A stretch of DNA of 62,720 nt from Nitriliruptorales bacterium (GTDB taxonomy: Bacteria > Actinomycetota > Nitriliruptoria > Euzebyales > JAHELV01). The DNA is taken from NCBI GenBank assembly GCA_024644015.1, contig JAHELV010000020.1, positions 1 through 62,720 on the forward strand, in the 5' to 3' direction. Shown here piece by piece: positions 27,951-37,933 of this stretch; within the stretch, counting starts at the first letter, position 1, and each line of letters opens with the position of its first letter. The translations under genes and the position numbers were made by a program. Under the pieces are notes generated by a model. It was not told the origin of the DNA, did not search any database, and was given only the letters and a program-made list of their open reading frames with translations.

Positions 27951-28607
27951 ATGTCTGCCGCAAACCGCCTCGTCCGCCGGCTGCAGGGACCGCTGCCGGC
28001 GTTGCCCACCGCAGTGGACCGCTGGTGCGAGCGCTGGTGGCGGTTGCCGCCACGCGTTCGCGTGCTGCTGATCCTGCTGCTGCTCGCGGTTGCGCTCATC
28101 GCGGGTGAGGCACGCGTCGCGCGGGCGCAACGCCGCTGGGGTGGCCCACCGCGCCGCGCACTGATCGCCGTCGCCGACGCGCACGTTGGCGCCAAGCCCG
28201 ATCTGCGTCAGGCGCTGCTGCCGCCCGCCATGGTGCCCCCGCACGCCCTGCAGACCGTCGCTCCCGACACCCGGCTGGCGCTGGCGCTGCCCGAGGGCAC
28301 GGTGCTGACCCGCGCCCACGTCTCGCCGCGGGGACCAGCGGTGGGCCTCGACCCCGGCGTGCGCGTGGTGCCGTTGCCCGTGCAACCGGGACTTGACATC
28401 CACCCTGGGGGCAGCGTCGATGTCTGGGTGCTCGCTGCGGCCCCCGGTCGTTCGCGTCGGGTGGCCCAGCGCCGGCCAGTTGTCGGCGTGACCACGACCG
28501 ACGACGACGAAGCGACCGCGCTCGTTGGCCTCGCGACCGGCGAAGTGGGTGCAACGATGCGGGGGTTGGCGGACGGACAGGTGCTGCTCACCCAGGCGCC
28601 GCCGTAG
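27951..28607 (+). CDS. SAF/CpaB-like membrane protein
   Basis: N-terminal TM, LPPAMVPPHAL, LPEGTVL, RVVPLPV...IHPGGSVDV; SAF genes normally sit in this locus; start uncertain. Confidence 0.6.
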   Translation: MSAANRLVRRLQGPLPALPTAVDRWCERWWRLPPRVRVLLILLLLAVALIAGEARVARAQRRWGGPPRRALIAVADAHVGAKPDLRQALLPPAMVPPHALQTVAPDTRLALALPEGTVLTRAHVSPRGPAVGLDPGVRVVPLPVQPGLDIHPGGSVDVWVLAAAPGRSRRVAQRRPVVGVTTTDDDEATALVGLATGEVGATMRGLADGQVLLTQAPP

Positions 28608-28711
28608 CGCGACGTGCGGAGCGACCACGACCGGGTAGTAGGCGACCTATGCTCGATGCCGTGCCGTGATTGGCGCCCCTCCACCCGTTGACGCAAAGGA
28701 CCGATGCCCCC

Positions 28712-29599
28712 GTGGGTGAAGTGCTCCAAGCTCTGCTGTTGGGCGTCGTGCAGGGGGTGACCGAGTTCATCCCGGTCTCGTCGAGCGGGCACCTCGTGCT
28801 GGTGCCGTACTTCCTGGGCATCGACCCGCCGGGCATCGCCTTCGACGTCGCGTTGCACGTTGGGACCTTCGCCGCGGTCGTCCTGTACTTCCGCACCGAC
28901 CTGACCCGCCTGATCGCCGCGGTGTTCGGCGTCGGCGATCCGGTGCTGGTCTCCTACTACCGTCGGCTCGCAGTCCTGCTCGTGCTCGGGAGCATCCCGA
29001 TCGCCGTCATCGGTTTCACGTTGCGGGACGTGTTCGAGGCGGCGTTCGACTCGCCGATGACCGCCGCGGTCTTCCTCATGGTCACGGGTGTCCTGCTGCT
29101 GCTCGGCGAGGCGGCCCGCAGCCGCCGGGGCGGCATCTCCGGGACGGTCGCCGACACCGACGGCGAGGAAGCGATGGTCGGACGTGACCCGGGGGATCCC
29201 GAAGGGTTGGCGCTCGATGCGATGGGCGTGCGTCAGGCACTGGTCGTCGGGTTCGGGCAGTGTGTCGCACTGTTCCCGGGCATCTCGCGCTCGGGCACCA
29301 CCATCGCCGCCGGGATGAGCGCCGGTCTGACCCGACCGGCAGCGACCAGGTTCTCGTTCCTGCTCGCATTGCCCGCACTGATCGGTGCTGCGATCGTCAG
29401 CGCTCCCGATCTGGCGTCCGGCCCGGTCGAGTTCAGTCCCCTCGCGGTGATCGTCGGCATCGTCGCCGCGTTCGTCTCGGGCTTCCTGGCCATCCGCTGG
29501 CTGCTGGCGCTCGTCGCGCGCGACCGCCTGACGGTCTTCGCGGCCTACTGCCTGGTGGCGGGCCTACTCAGCCTGGTCGCCATCACGTTGACCACCTGA
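28712..29599 (+). CDS. uppP: Undecaprenyl-diphosphatase
   Basis: GVVQGVTEFIPVSSSGHL, PGISRSGTTI, RFSFLL. Confidence 0.95.
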   Translation: MGEVLQALLLGVVQGVTEFIPVSSSGHLVLVPYFLGIDPPGIAFDVALHVGTFAAVVLYFRTDLTRLIAAVFGVGDPVLVSYYRRLAVLLVLGSIPIAVIGFTLRDVFEAAFDSPMTAAVFLMVTGVLLLLGEAARSRRGGISGTVADTDGEEAMVGRDPGDPEGLALDAMGVRQALVVGFGQCVALFPGISRSGTTIAAGMSAGLTRPAATRFSFLLALPALIGAAIVSAPDLASGPVEFSPLAVIVGIVAAFVSGFLAIRWLLALVARDRLTVFAAYCLVAGLLSLVAITLTT

Positions 29600-29701
29600 A
29601 CCCATCCCTTCGACCGGCCAGCCCGGAGGGCCCGACCGCTCACATCGACCGGCTCGCTCCCCACCGGGCGGCGTTCGCTCCCCGACCACGGCCTACGGCG
29701 G

Positions 29702-30523
29702 TCACGCGCGGTCGGCGACGCACGTGTTGACCAGTTCGCCGATGCCCTCGATGCGCGTGCGTACCACCTGACCAGGCTCGAGGAACCGCGGCGGATCGCT
29801 TGCGGCGCCCACCCCTCCCGGCGTGCCGGTGGATATCACGTCACCCGGTTCGAGCGTCATGATCCTGCTGAGGTAGGCAACGAGCTCAGACGGCGGGAAC
29901 ACCAGGTCGCTGGTGCGGGCGGCCTGCCGTCGATCACCGTCCACCGTGCACGTGATGGCCAGGTCCCGCGCCTCGTCGACCTCGTCGCCGGTCACGATCA
30001 CCGGACCCAACGGCGTCGTAGCTTCGAACGTCTTGCCCTGCAGCCACTGGAGGCCGCGGAACTGGTAGTCGCGCATCGAGACGTCGTTCATGATCGTGTA
30101 GCCGGCGATCACCGCTCCAGCGTCGTCGGCGCTGATGTTGCGCGCGGTCCGCCCGATCACGACCGCCAGCTCGGCCTCGTAGTCGGGCTGCGACGCGATC
30201 GCCGGAAGCACGATGTCGTCGCGCGGACCGGTCAGCGCGACCGCGAACTTCGCGAAGAACGTCGGATGCTCCGGCAGCTCGCGCCCCATCTCGCGGATGT
30301 GGCTCTCATAGTTCAGGCCGAGGCAGATGATCTTCGGTGGGCGTGGCACGACAGGCGCCAGATCGGCATCGTCGAACGGGATCGTGGATGGTGCGTCACC
30401 GGACCGGTCCGCGCCGTGCGCGTATGCAGTCGCGGCATCCGGAGCGTCGAGCAGCGTCGCGGTGTCCCCGTCGACCCGCGCGGCGCGGGTGCCCCCCGCC
30501 CAGCGGACGGTTGCCAGCCTCAT
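29702..30523 (-). CDS. Fumarylacetoacetate hydrolase family protein
   Basis: KIICLGLNY, DYEAELAVVIG, NDVSMRD, GKTFE, GDVISTGTPGGVG. Confidence 0.93.
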   Translation of the reverse strand: MRLATVRWAGGTRAARVDGDTATLLDAPDAATAYAHGADRSGDAPSTIPFDDADLAPVVPRPPKIICLGLNYESHIREMGRELPEHPTFFAKFAVALTGPRDDIVLPAIASQPDYEAELAVVIGRTARNISADDAGAVIAGYTIMNDVSMRDYQFRGLQWLQGKTFEATTPLGPVIVTGDEVDEARDLAITCTVDGDRRQAARTSDLVFPPSELVAYLSRIMTLEPGDVISTGTPGGVGAASDPPRFLEPGQVVRTRIEGIGELVNTCVADRA

Positions 30524-30542
30524 CCGGCGTCGCCGTGTGCCC

Positions 30543-31922
30543 TCATGCGCTGTCCCCTGGCGCCCCGCCTGCAAGTGTCATGCCGTCGACCAGCAGCGTG
30601 GTTCCGCCCATCGCACCGCCGAACGGGAGGAACCGCAGGTCGCTGCCCACGGTGACGATCTGCTCCAGCATCTGTGGGATCGAACCGGCGATCGTCGCTT
30701 CGCGTACCGCCTCGGCGAACTGGCCGTCACGGATCATGACTCCGGCCGCGCCAACGCTGAAGTCGCCCGAGATCGGATTGGCACCGGAGTGCAGGCCCAT
30801 GACCTGCTGGCAGTAGAAGCCGTTGTCGATCCCGGCGATGAGCTCCTCAGGTGCGGTTTGTCCGGGTTCTACGTAGAAGTTGGTCGGACTCAACCCCGGC
30901 GGAGTGGCGTAGCTGCCACGGCTGGCGTTGCCCGTGCTGATGGTGTCATCGCGGGCGGCACTGGCGACGTGGTACAGGTAGCCCTGCAGCACGCCGTCGT
31001 CGAGCAGCACGGTGCGCTGGGTCGGGGTGCCCTCGCCGTCCCAGGGCGCCGCCGCCGGTCCTCCGACCAGGCGTCCGTCGTCGACGACGCGCACGAACGC
31101 CGGCGCGAGCTGCTCGCCGACCTTGCCGGCGAACAGGCTGCGACCGCGTTGCACGGCCTCGGCGGTCAGGCCGCCGGCGACCACCCCAAGGAACGACGCG
31201 GTGACGAAGGGATCGAACACGATGGGCAACCGTGCGCTGGCCGGCGGCCGGCCCCCCAGGAGCCGGATCGCTCGCTCGGCCGCCTCGGCGGCCGCACCCG
31301 GGATGTCCAGCTCGCCCAGGCTTCTGCCCATGGACAGCCCGTACGCGCTGGTCGTCGAACCGTTGCGGCCTCCGAGCGCCTCGACCAGCACGAACGCGTC
31401 GCTGCGGCGGTAACTGGCGCGTATCCCGGCGCTCGAGCTGATCGCCGCGATCCGGACGCTGTCGCCATACTGCGCCGCATCGGTTCCGGTGATCTCGGCG
31501 CCGCCGCGGCGGGCCGCCCCTTCGAGCTCGATCGCGGCAGCGACCTTCGCCTGCGGGGTCTCGTGCTCGACGGCCGGGTCGTACAGTTGCCCGTCGTCGA
31601 GCTCGGTCGCCGGCCTGGGTTCGGCCAGCACGTTGCCGACGTCGGGGCTCCCGACCGTGGCGTTGGTTCTGGCCTCGTCGAGTGTGGCGTCCAGCGCGTC
31701 CTCGGACAGATCGACTGTGAAGCAGTAGCCCACGCGCTGATCGCGCACGACCCGAACGCCGATCCCGCGCCGGCGGGCGCTCGACAGCGACTCGACCGCG
31801 CCGTCGTGTGCTTTGACGGTCGTGTCGGTCTCGTCGAGGCCGAACGCCTCGACCCCCTCCCCCACCTGCGCGCGCTCCACGATCCGGTCCAGCAGACCCA
31901 GCAGCTCATCGGCACCGCTCAT
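30543..31922 (-). CDS. pmbA: TldE/PmbA family protein
   Basis: WDGEGTP, STGNASR, NPISGDFS; no HExxH. Confidence 0.88.
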   Translation of the reverse strand: MSGADELLGLLDRIVERAQVGEGVEAFGLDETDTTVKAHDGAVESLSSARRRGIGVRVVRDQRVGYCFTVDLSEDALDATLDEARTNATVGSPDVGNVLAEPRPATELDDGQLYDPAVEHETPQAKVAAAIELEGAARRGGAEITGTDAAQYGDSVRIAAISSSAGIRASYRRSDAFVLVEALGGRNGSTTSAYGLSMGRSLGELDIPGAAAEAAERAIRLLGGRPPASARLPIVFDPFVTASFLGVVAGGLTAEAVQRGRSLFAGKVGEQLAPAFVRVVDDGRLVGGPAAAPWDGEGTPTQRTVLLDDGVLQGYLYHVASAARDDTISTGNASRGSYATPPGLSPTNFYVEPGQTAPEELIAGIDNGFYCQQVMGLHSGANPISGDFSVGAAGVMIRDGQFAEAVREATIAGSIPQMLEQIVTVGSDLRFLPFGGAMGGTTLLVDGMTLAGGAPGDSA

Positions 31923-33325
31923 GCGCCGGTCCCTCCCACGGTGATGCGACCGATGCGCACAGTGGGGTTGCCCAGCCCCGCCGGTACGCCCTGCCCGTCT
32001 TTGCCACAGATGCCCTCGCGGGCATCGAAGTCGGTGCCGACCGCCTCGATGCGGGCCAGGATGGCCGGTCCGTCGCCGACCAGGTTCGCGCCGCGCACGG
32101 GGTACGTCAGCTCACCGTCTTCGATCAGCCACCCGACCGCAACGCCGAACACGAAGTCACCCGAGGCCGGGTCCACCTGTCCCCCACCGAGCTGCTCGCA
32201 GAACAGCCCTCGCCGGACCGACCGGACAATCTCGTCAGGATCGTCGGCGCCGGGCAGGATGTAGGTGTTCGTCATTCGGGGGATCGGCAGGTGCGCGTAC
32301 GACTGGCGACGCGCGTTGCCGCTGCGGGGCAGGCCCAGCTCGGCGGCGCGGAGCCGGTCGGTGAGGTAATCGGTGCACACGCCGCGGTCGAACAACACCG
32401 TGCGCTGCGCGGGTGTCCCTTCGTCGTCGAACCCGAAGCTGCCCCAGGCGTTGGCGACCGTTGCGTCGTCGACGCCTGAGATCAGGTCCGTTCCGAGCTT
32501 GTCGCCCTGCCGGCCGCGGTAGACGCTCGCGCCTTTCGCCACGATGTCGGCTTCCATGCCGTGACCGCACGCCTCGTGGAACAACACCCCGCCGCTGCCG
32601 GGCGCGAGCACGACCGTCATGTCCTCGGCGGGAGCGGGACGCGAGTCGAGCATCAGCACCGCGCGTTCGGCGGCCCGGCGTCCCACGGCTTCCGGTGGGT
32701 GACGGTCCAACAGTTCCAGGCCGGCCGCCGCGCCAGGCGCCTCCAGGCCCGTCTGCACGACGTCGTCACGCGCGGCGACCACTCGGGCCGCCAGCCGGGT
32801 CCGCACCCGCTGCTCGTTGTGCCGGTGCCCTTCGGAGTTGACCAGGAACACGTCCTGCACCGTGTCGCCGTACGACGCGCCGACCTGCCGCACGGCGCCG
32901 TCCACGGCTCGAGCCGACTCGTCGATGCGCCGGACGATCTCAGCCATGCCGGGACCGTCGACGTCAGCAGGATCCTTGGTCGGCGGATGGGTGTACGGCG
33001 GCGGTACCGTGCGCAGATCGGCCACACCGACGACCTGCGACCCGCTGACCCCGGCCGCCGCGATCCGTGCCGACTCGACGAGCGCGTCACGCGTCAGCAG
33101 GTTGGTGAAGGCGTACGCCGTCTGGCCGTTGCTGACCACGCGGACGCCACCGCCGCGATCGAGGCCGGTGACCAGGTCCTCGACCCGCCCGTCGTCGACG
33201 TTGACCGACCGGCTGCGCCGCTGCTCGACGTACAGCTCGGCGAACTGCCCGCCGCTCGACAGCGCCGCATCGAGGATCGCGCGTACATCCCCGTCGTCAA
33301 GATCTGGTCGCGTCACTTCTGCCAC
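31919..33325 (-). CDS. tldD: TldD metalloprotease
   Basis: HEACGHGMEAD, FDDEGTP, PRMTNT, CGKDGQ; GTG start at 33325 estimated. Confidence 0.92.
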   Translation of the reverse strand: MAEVTRPDLDDGDVRAILDAALSSGGQFAELYVEQRRSRSVNVDDGRVEDLVTGLDRGGGVRVVSNGQTAYAFTNLLTRDALVESARIAAAGVSGSQVVGVADLRTVPPPYTHPPTKDPADVDGPGMAEIVRRIDESARAVDGAVRQVGASYGDTVQDVFLVNSEGHRHNEQRVRTRLAARVVAARDDVVQTGLEAPGAAAGLELLDRHPPEAVGRRAAERAVLMLDSRPAPAEDMTVVLAPGSGGVLFHEACGHGMEADIVAKGASVYRGRQGDKLGTDLISGVDDATVANAWGSFGFDDEGTPAQRTVLFDRGVCTDYLTDRLRAAELGLPRSGNARRQSYAHLPIPRMTNTYILPGADDPDEIVRSVRRGLFCEQLGGGQVDPASGDFVFGVAVGWLIEDGELTYPVRGANLVGDGPAILARIEAVGTDFDAREGICGKDGQGVPAGLGNPTVRIGRITVGGTGA

Positions 33326-33394
33326 CTGGTCGGCCCCGGTCAGGCCAGACAGTGTCGCACGACCGACCGACACGCGACGGTAGCCTGGCGCGCC

Positions 33395-34537
33395 ATGAAC
33401 GACCCGCGACCGACCGTCGGTGTGGTGGGCGCCGGCCAGCTCGCGCGCATGTGCGCACAGGCGGCCATCGCGCTCGATGTCGAGCTGCGCGTGCTGGCGG
33501 CCAGGCCGGACGACTCGGCTGCCATCGTCGTGCCGCTCGCCGAGATCGGCGACCCCGCCGACCCCGCGACGCTGCAGCGTTTCGCGGCGTGTTGCGACGT
33601 GCTCACGCTGGATCACGAACTGGTTGACCGCGAGGCGCTGACGGCGCTGGCGGCAGCCGGTCGCGTGGTGCGACCCAGCGCGGACGCACTGCGGTTCGCG
33701 CAGGACAAGGCGTTTCAGCGCAGGGCGTTTCGCCACGCCGGCCTGCCGGTCCCCGCGTTCATCGTGACGGACCGTGTCGACGCGGCGCGCGCGTTCGCCG
33801 AGGACCATGACTGGCCGCTCGTGTGCAAGCGACCCCGCGGCGGGTACGACGGTCGCGGCGTGTGGCACGTGGCCGACCCGACGGCGTTGACCGCCGCGTG
33901 GGGCGACGCCAGCGCCGGCGGTTCGCCGGTGCTGGTCGAGCAGGGAGTGAACCTCGAGCGAGAGATCGCGGTCCTGATCGCCAGGCGACCCGACGGGTCG
34001 CACGCGGCCGCACCGGTCATCGAGACAATCCAGCGCGACGGCATGCTGCGTGAGCTGGTGGTGCCCGCGCAGGTGCCGACCGCAGTCGAGCGCCAAGCCC
34101 GCGATCTGGCCGTGCGGGTGGCCGACCTGGTCGACGTCGTCGGTGTCTGTGCGATCGAGCTGTTCTGGACGGGCACGCAGGTCCTGATCAACGAGATTGC
34201 CACGCGGCCCCACAACTCCGGGCACTGGACGATCGACGGCGCGTCCACCTCCCAGTTCGAGAACCACCTGCGCGCGGTGCTCGATCTGCCGCTGGGCAGC
34301 ATGCGAGCGACCCAACCCGCCGTGTGCAGCGTCAACGTCGTGGGCGGCCACGACGGCGTCCCGCCGCGCACTCGGCTGCCCGATGCGCTGGCGATACCCG
34401 ACGTCCACGTGCACCTGTACGGCAAGTCCACGCGGCCGGGCCGCAAGCTCGGCCATGTGACGGCGACAGCCGACGACGTGGCGACCGCCCGACACCGGGC
34501 GCGCGCGGCCGCGGCCGTGCTGGCCGGTTCCGACTGA
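33395..34537 (+). CDS. purK: N5-carboxyaminoimidazole ribonucleotide synthase
   Basis: VGAGQLARM, QDK, GGYDGRG, NEIATRPHNSGHWT, SQFENHLRA, HLYGK...RKLGHVT. Confidence 0.96.
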   Translation: MNDPRPTVGVVGAGQLARMCAQAAIALDVELRVLAARPDDSAAIVVPLAEIGDPADPATLQRFAACCDVLTLDHELVDREALTALAAAGRVVRPSADALRFAQDKAFQRRAFRHAGLPVPAFIVTDRVDAARAFAEDHDWPLVCKRPRGGYDGRGVWHVADPTALTAAWGDASAGGSPVLVEQGVNLEREIAVLIARRPDGSHAAAPVIETIQRDGMLRELVVPAQVPTAVERQARDLAVRVADLVDVVGVCAIELFWTGTQVLINEIATRPHNSGHWTIDGASTSQFENHLRAVLDLPLGSMRATQPAVCSVNVVGGHDGVPPRTRLPDALAIPDVHVHLYGKSTRPGRKLGHVTATADDVATARHRARAAAAVLAGSD

Positions 34538-34668
34538 TGCTGCTTCCCCAGTTTTGTGCGCGCGCCCAGGGTCTCGCGCTACAGGACCGCGGCGCTGCCG
34601 CTCCGTATGGTGTGCGGGGGCACGGGACCTGAACGACGGCGCACCGCAGCCGCGATGAGAGGATCAGC

Positions 34669-35217
34669 ATGACCGACGCGCCATCCGACGGCGATCAGGG
34701 GCCTGGAGCCACGCCGGCCGTTGGCGTCGTCATGGGCAGCGACTCCGACCTCGACTGCATGCAGGCCGCGGTGGACACGCTCGATCGCTTCGGCGTGCCA
34801 CGCGAGGTCCGGGTGCTGTCGGCCCACCGCCGCCCTGACGAGATGCTGGCCTACGGTGCCGCCGCCGCAGACCGCGGGTTGCAGGTGATCATCGCCGGAG
34901 CCGGCGGGGCCGCCCACCTGCCGGGGATGCTGGCCAGCGCGACGCGGCTGCCGGTGATCGGCGTGCCGGTGCCGCTGCGCCGACTCGACGGACTCGACTC
35001 GCTGCTGTCGATCGTCCAGATGCCACGTGGCGTGCCGGTTGCGACCGTGGCCATCGGTGCGGCCGAGAACGCCGCGTTGCTGGCGTGCCGCATGATCGCC
35101 ATCAGCGATGCCGCGCTGAGCGCGGCGCTCGACGCCCACCGCGATGAGCTCCGAGGCGCGTCGCGAGAGGCGGACGAACGCGTGGTCGAGCAGTCCGGCG
35201 CACGCCACGGGGCCTGA
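34669..35217 (+). CDS. purE: N5-CAIR mutase
   Basis: [39 protein letters not shown]. Confidence 0.97.
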   Translation: MTDAPSDGDQGPGATPAVGVVMGSDSDLDCMQAAVDTLDRFGVPREVRVLSAHRRPDEMLAYGAAAADRGLQVIIAGAGGAAHLPGMLASATRLPVIGVPVPLRRLDGLDSLLSIVQMPRGVPVATVAIGAAENAALLACRMIAISDAALSAALDAHRDELRGASREADERVVEQSGARHGA

Positions 35218-35218
35218 C

Positions 35219-35881
35219 GTGGCGGGATCGATCTGTGTCCAGGGGGGCGACGAGTTCACCGACGCCTGTCGCGCGGTGGACGAGGCCTGGATCGCCCGCG
35301 CGCCCGTCGGCGCCGTCAGCGTCGTGCCATTGGCCTGTGCCGGCGGCGCGGAGTACCGCATCGCCGGACGCAACGGCGTCGAGTACCTGCGCGACCTCGG
35401 GGTCGCTGACGTCTCGGTCGCGCCGGAGCCGGACCTGCTGCCCGACGGCGCGGTCCGCTCGATCATCGACGCCCGGGTCGTGTTCATCCCGGGCGGGTCG
35501 CCGGCGCGCATCCGAGAGCGGGTCATCGGTACGGCCGTCGGCGGTGCGCTGCGCGCGCACAGCGCCTCGGGCGGCATGCTCGTCGGCGCCAGCGCCGGCG
35601 CGATGGTGCTGTGCGACTCGATGCTCGTCCCCGGCGACGACATGACCGTGCACCCCGGTCTGGGCCTGCTGCCCGACGTGCTCGTCCTGCCGCACTACGA
35701 CCAGAGGCGGGACGCGCTGGTCGCCCGCGCGCGTGGCCAGGCGGCCGGCCGCACGGCGATCATCGGGCTGCCCGCCTGTTGCGGCGTGCTATTCGGCGAT
35801 CACGAGCCGCTGGCCTTCGGTTCCGAGCCGTGCTGGCGGTTCACCGCGGACGCCGACCCTGTCCAGATCAAGCGTGGCTGA
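35219..35881 (+). CDS. Peptidase S51 / class I glutamine-amidotransferase-like protein
   Basis: QGGDEF, FIPGGSP, GASAGAM, LPHYD. Confidence 0.8.
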   Translation: MAGSICVQGGDEFTDACRAVDEAWIARAPVGAVSVVPLACAGGAEYRIAGRNGVEYLRDLGVADVSVAPEPDLLPDGAVRSIIDARVVFIPGGSPARIRERVIGTAVGGALRAHSASGGMLVGASAGAMVLCDSMLVPGDDMTVHPGLGLLPDVLVLPHYDQRRDALVARARGQAAGRTAIIGLPACCGVLFGDHEPLAFGSEPCWRFTADADPVQIKRG

Positions 35882-35928
35882 CCGCGCCCGTCGCGACGGC
35901 GGGTCGGCGCCGATCCGGCGGGCGCAGG

Positions 35929-36561
35929 TCACACGAGGCGGCGGTCGGTGGCCCAGCGCGTCAGCTCGTGGCGGTTCGACAGCTGCAGCTTGCGCAGGAC
36001 CGCCGACACATGCGTCTCTACCGTCTTCACCGAGATGTGCAGGCGCTGCCCGATGACCTTGTAGGTGAATCCTCGGGCGATGTGGCGCAGCACTTCGCGC
36101 TCGCGGGTCGTGAGTTGATCGAGCTCGGGGTCGACGGGCTGGATCGCGTCACTGGCGAACGCGTCGAGGACGAACCCTGCCAGGCGTGGTGAGAAGACCG
36201 CGTCGCCGTCATGCACCCGGCGGATGGCGTCGGTCAGCTCGGCGGGCGAGATCGACTTGGTGACGTAGCCGCGCGCGCCCGCCCGCACGATGGCGATCAC
36301 GTCCTCGGCCGCGTCCGACACGCTGAGCGCCAGGAACTGGGTGTCGGGACGCTCCTTGGCGATCGCCTCGATCACGGTGCGTCCGCCGCCGCCCGGCATG
36401 TGGACGTCGAGCAGCACGACGTCGGGGCGGGTCCGTCGGATGCCGGCGATCGCCGTGTCAACGTCGCTGGCAGTGCCTACGACCTCGAACCCGACGCGCA
36501 GCTCGGATTTGACGCCCGACAGGAACAGCCGGTGGTCGTCGACGAGGAAGACGCGGATCAT
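35929..36561 (-). CDS. NarL/LuxR-family response regulator
   Basis: VDDH, LDVHMPG, GYVTK, LTTREREV...ISVKTVETH. Confidence 0.95.
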   Translation of the reverse strand: MIRVFLVDDHRLFLSGVKSELRVGFEVVGTASDVDTAIAGIRRTRPDVVLLDVHMPGGGGRTVIEAIAKERPDTQFLALSVSDAAEDVIAIVRAGARGYVTKSISPAELTDAIRRVHDGDAVFSPRLAGFVLDAFASDAIQPVDPELDQLTTREREVLRHIARGFTYKVIGQRLHISVKTVETHVSAVLRKLQLSNRHELTRWATDRRLV

Positions 36562-37775
36562 CGTGATCCCTCCCGTGGCAGTTGTAGTTCGATCTCCGTG
36601 CCAACACCGGCGTCACTGCGGATGGTGGCGCGGCCGCCGTGCCGTTGCATGCGACCCACGATCGATTCGTCGAGACCGCGCCGGTCGTCCGGGATGGCGT
36701 CCGGGTCGAACCCCTTGCCCTCGTCCCGGACGAACACCGTGACGTGCTCGGGTTCGACTTCGACGTACATCGACACGCTCGTCGCACCGGAGTGCTGCGC
36801 CGCGTTCTGCAACGCCTCGTACGCCGCGGACGACAGTGCGTGCACCTGATCGTCGACGAGCATATCGCCGACGACGACCAGTTCGACGGGGAGCTCATAG
36901 CGCTGCTCGATGCGCGCCGCGACGTCTTCGAACACCGGTTGCAGGCGGTCGGCGGCGTGCTCGTCGTCCGCGCCGTACAGCCACGCCCGCAGCTCGCGCT
37001 CCTGGCTGCGGGCGAGGCCGACCATCCGTCGTGACGAGTCGCTGCGCTGGATCATTGCCAGCGTCTGCAACACCGAGTCGTGCAGGTGCGCGGCGACCTC
37101 GGCACGCTCCTGCGAGCGAATGCGCTCGCGCCGCTCCTCGGCAAGCTGCTGCGCCTGACGGACCATCCAGGGGCCCAGGATCAGCCCGACGCCGAGCCCG
37201 GTGATCGCCACGGCGATCACCGCACCACCAGTGGTGCGCAGCGTGTCGCTGCCCACCAGGAAGGTCGCAAGTCCGCTGACCACGAGCAGACCGCCGGCAC
37301 CGAGCCGCACCAGCGCCGCCCGCCCCGGGGACTCGGCGTTCGTCGCGGCGCTCGCCAGCCGGTTCCAGCCGGCGCTGTCGCCGGTGGCGCCACGTGACCA
37401 GATCACGCTGCTGCCGAGTGTGACGAGCGCGACCGGCCACACCACAGCGTCACCCAGCCAGAACCCCGCCTCGCGGAGCAGCAGCAGGGCGCCGAACACG
37501 ATGAACGCGGTACCTGCGTTGCGTTGCACCGACGGTGGCCGTACCGCCGCTCCGGCGGGTCGCTCCTGATCGGCCAGTGTCCAGATCAGCAGATACGCGA
37601 ACACCCCGACGCCACCCGCCAGCGACAGGCCCAGCAGGCTGGCCCGCACGTAGACGGGGTCGACGCCGAACCGCTCGCCCAGACCACCGGCCACCCCCGC
37701 GATGACCCGCTGGTCGTGGCTGCGCCAGAGGCTGACGCCCCGTCGCGTGCTCGTCTGTTCGGCGCTCGTGGAGAT
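36558..37775 (-). CDS. PspC-domain membrane histidine kinase (start anomalous)
   Basis: LWRSHDQRVIAGVAGGLGERFGVDP PspC motif, HLHDSVLQTL, DEGKGF; frame has no ATG/GTG/TTG upstream of 37694. Confidence 0.85.
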   Translation of the reverse strand: MSTSAEQTSTRRGVSLWRSHDQRVIAGVAGGLGERFGVDPVYVRASLLGLSLAGGVGVFAYLLIWTLADQERPAGAAVRPPSVQRNAGTAFIVFGALLLLREAGFWLGDAVVWPVALVTLGSSVIWSRGATGDSAGWNRLASAATNAESPGRAALVRLGAGGLLVVSGLATFLVGSDTLRTTGGAVIAVAITGLGVGLILGPWMVRQAQQLAEERRERIRSQERAEVAAHLHDSVLQTLAMIQRSDSSRRMVGLARSQERELRAWLYGADDEHAADRLQPVFEDVAARIEQRYELPVELVVVGDMLVDDQVHALSSAAYEALQNAAQHSGATSVSMYVEVEPEHVTVFVRDEGKGFDPDAIPDDRRGLDESIVGRMQRHGGRATIRSDAGVGTEIELQLPREGSR

Positions 37776-37837
37776 GGTCGGTCGCCTGTCCGTCCGCGGC
37801 TGTCACGCCCCATGGTCGCACGCGCGGGTGCGTGCTC

Positions 37838-37898
37838 CATGGGTGACTCCCCTGAGCATCGACGCGACTCCCATCCACACCCCAGGGCATTCCCCGAT
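37838..37898. promoter_or_regulatory. Putative response-regulator operators between divergent psp-like genes
   Basis: CATGGGTGACTCCCCTGA and CAGGGCATTCCCCGAT (GGG-N4/5-CCC dyads). Confidence 0.45.
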
Positions 37899-37933
37899 GG
37901 TCTCCACCCGTCCGCCGCCACATCATCGGTCCC

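Noticed and set aside
30543..33325. TldD/E as part of a RiPP cluster
   Set aside because: No precursor, YcaO or modifying enzymes nearby; housekeeping context
31919..34537. 858-aa TldD and 658-aa PurK from the ORF track
   Set aside because: N-terminal extensions are antisense run-through of divergent genes; real starts are about 33325 and 33395
34538..34668. Purine/ZTP riboswitch between purK and purE
   Set aside because: No recognisable conserved riboswitch motifs
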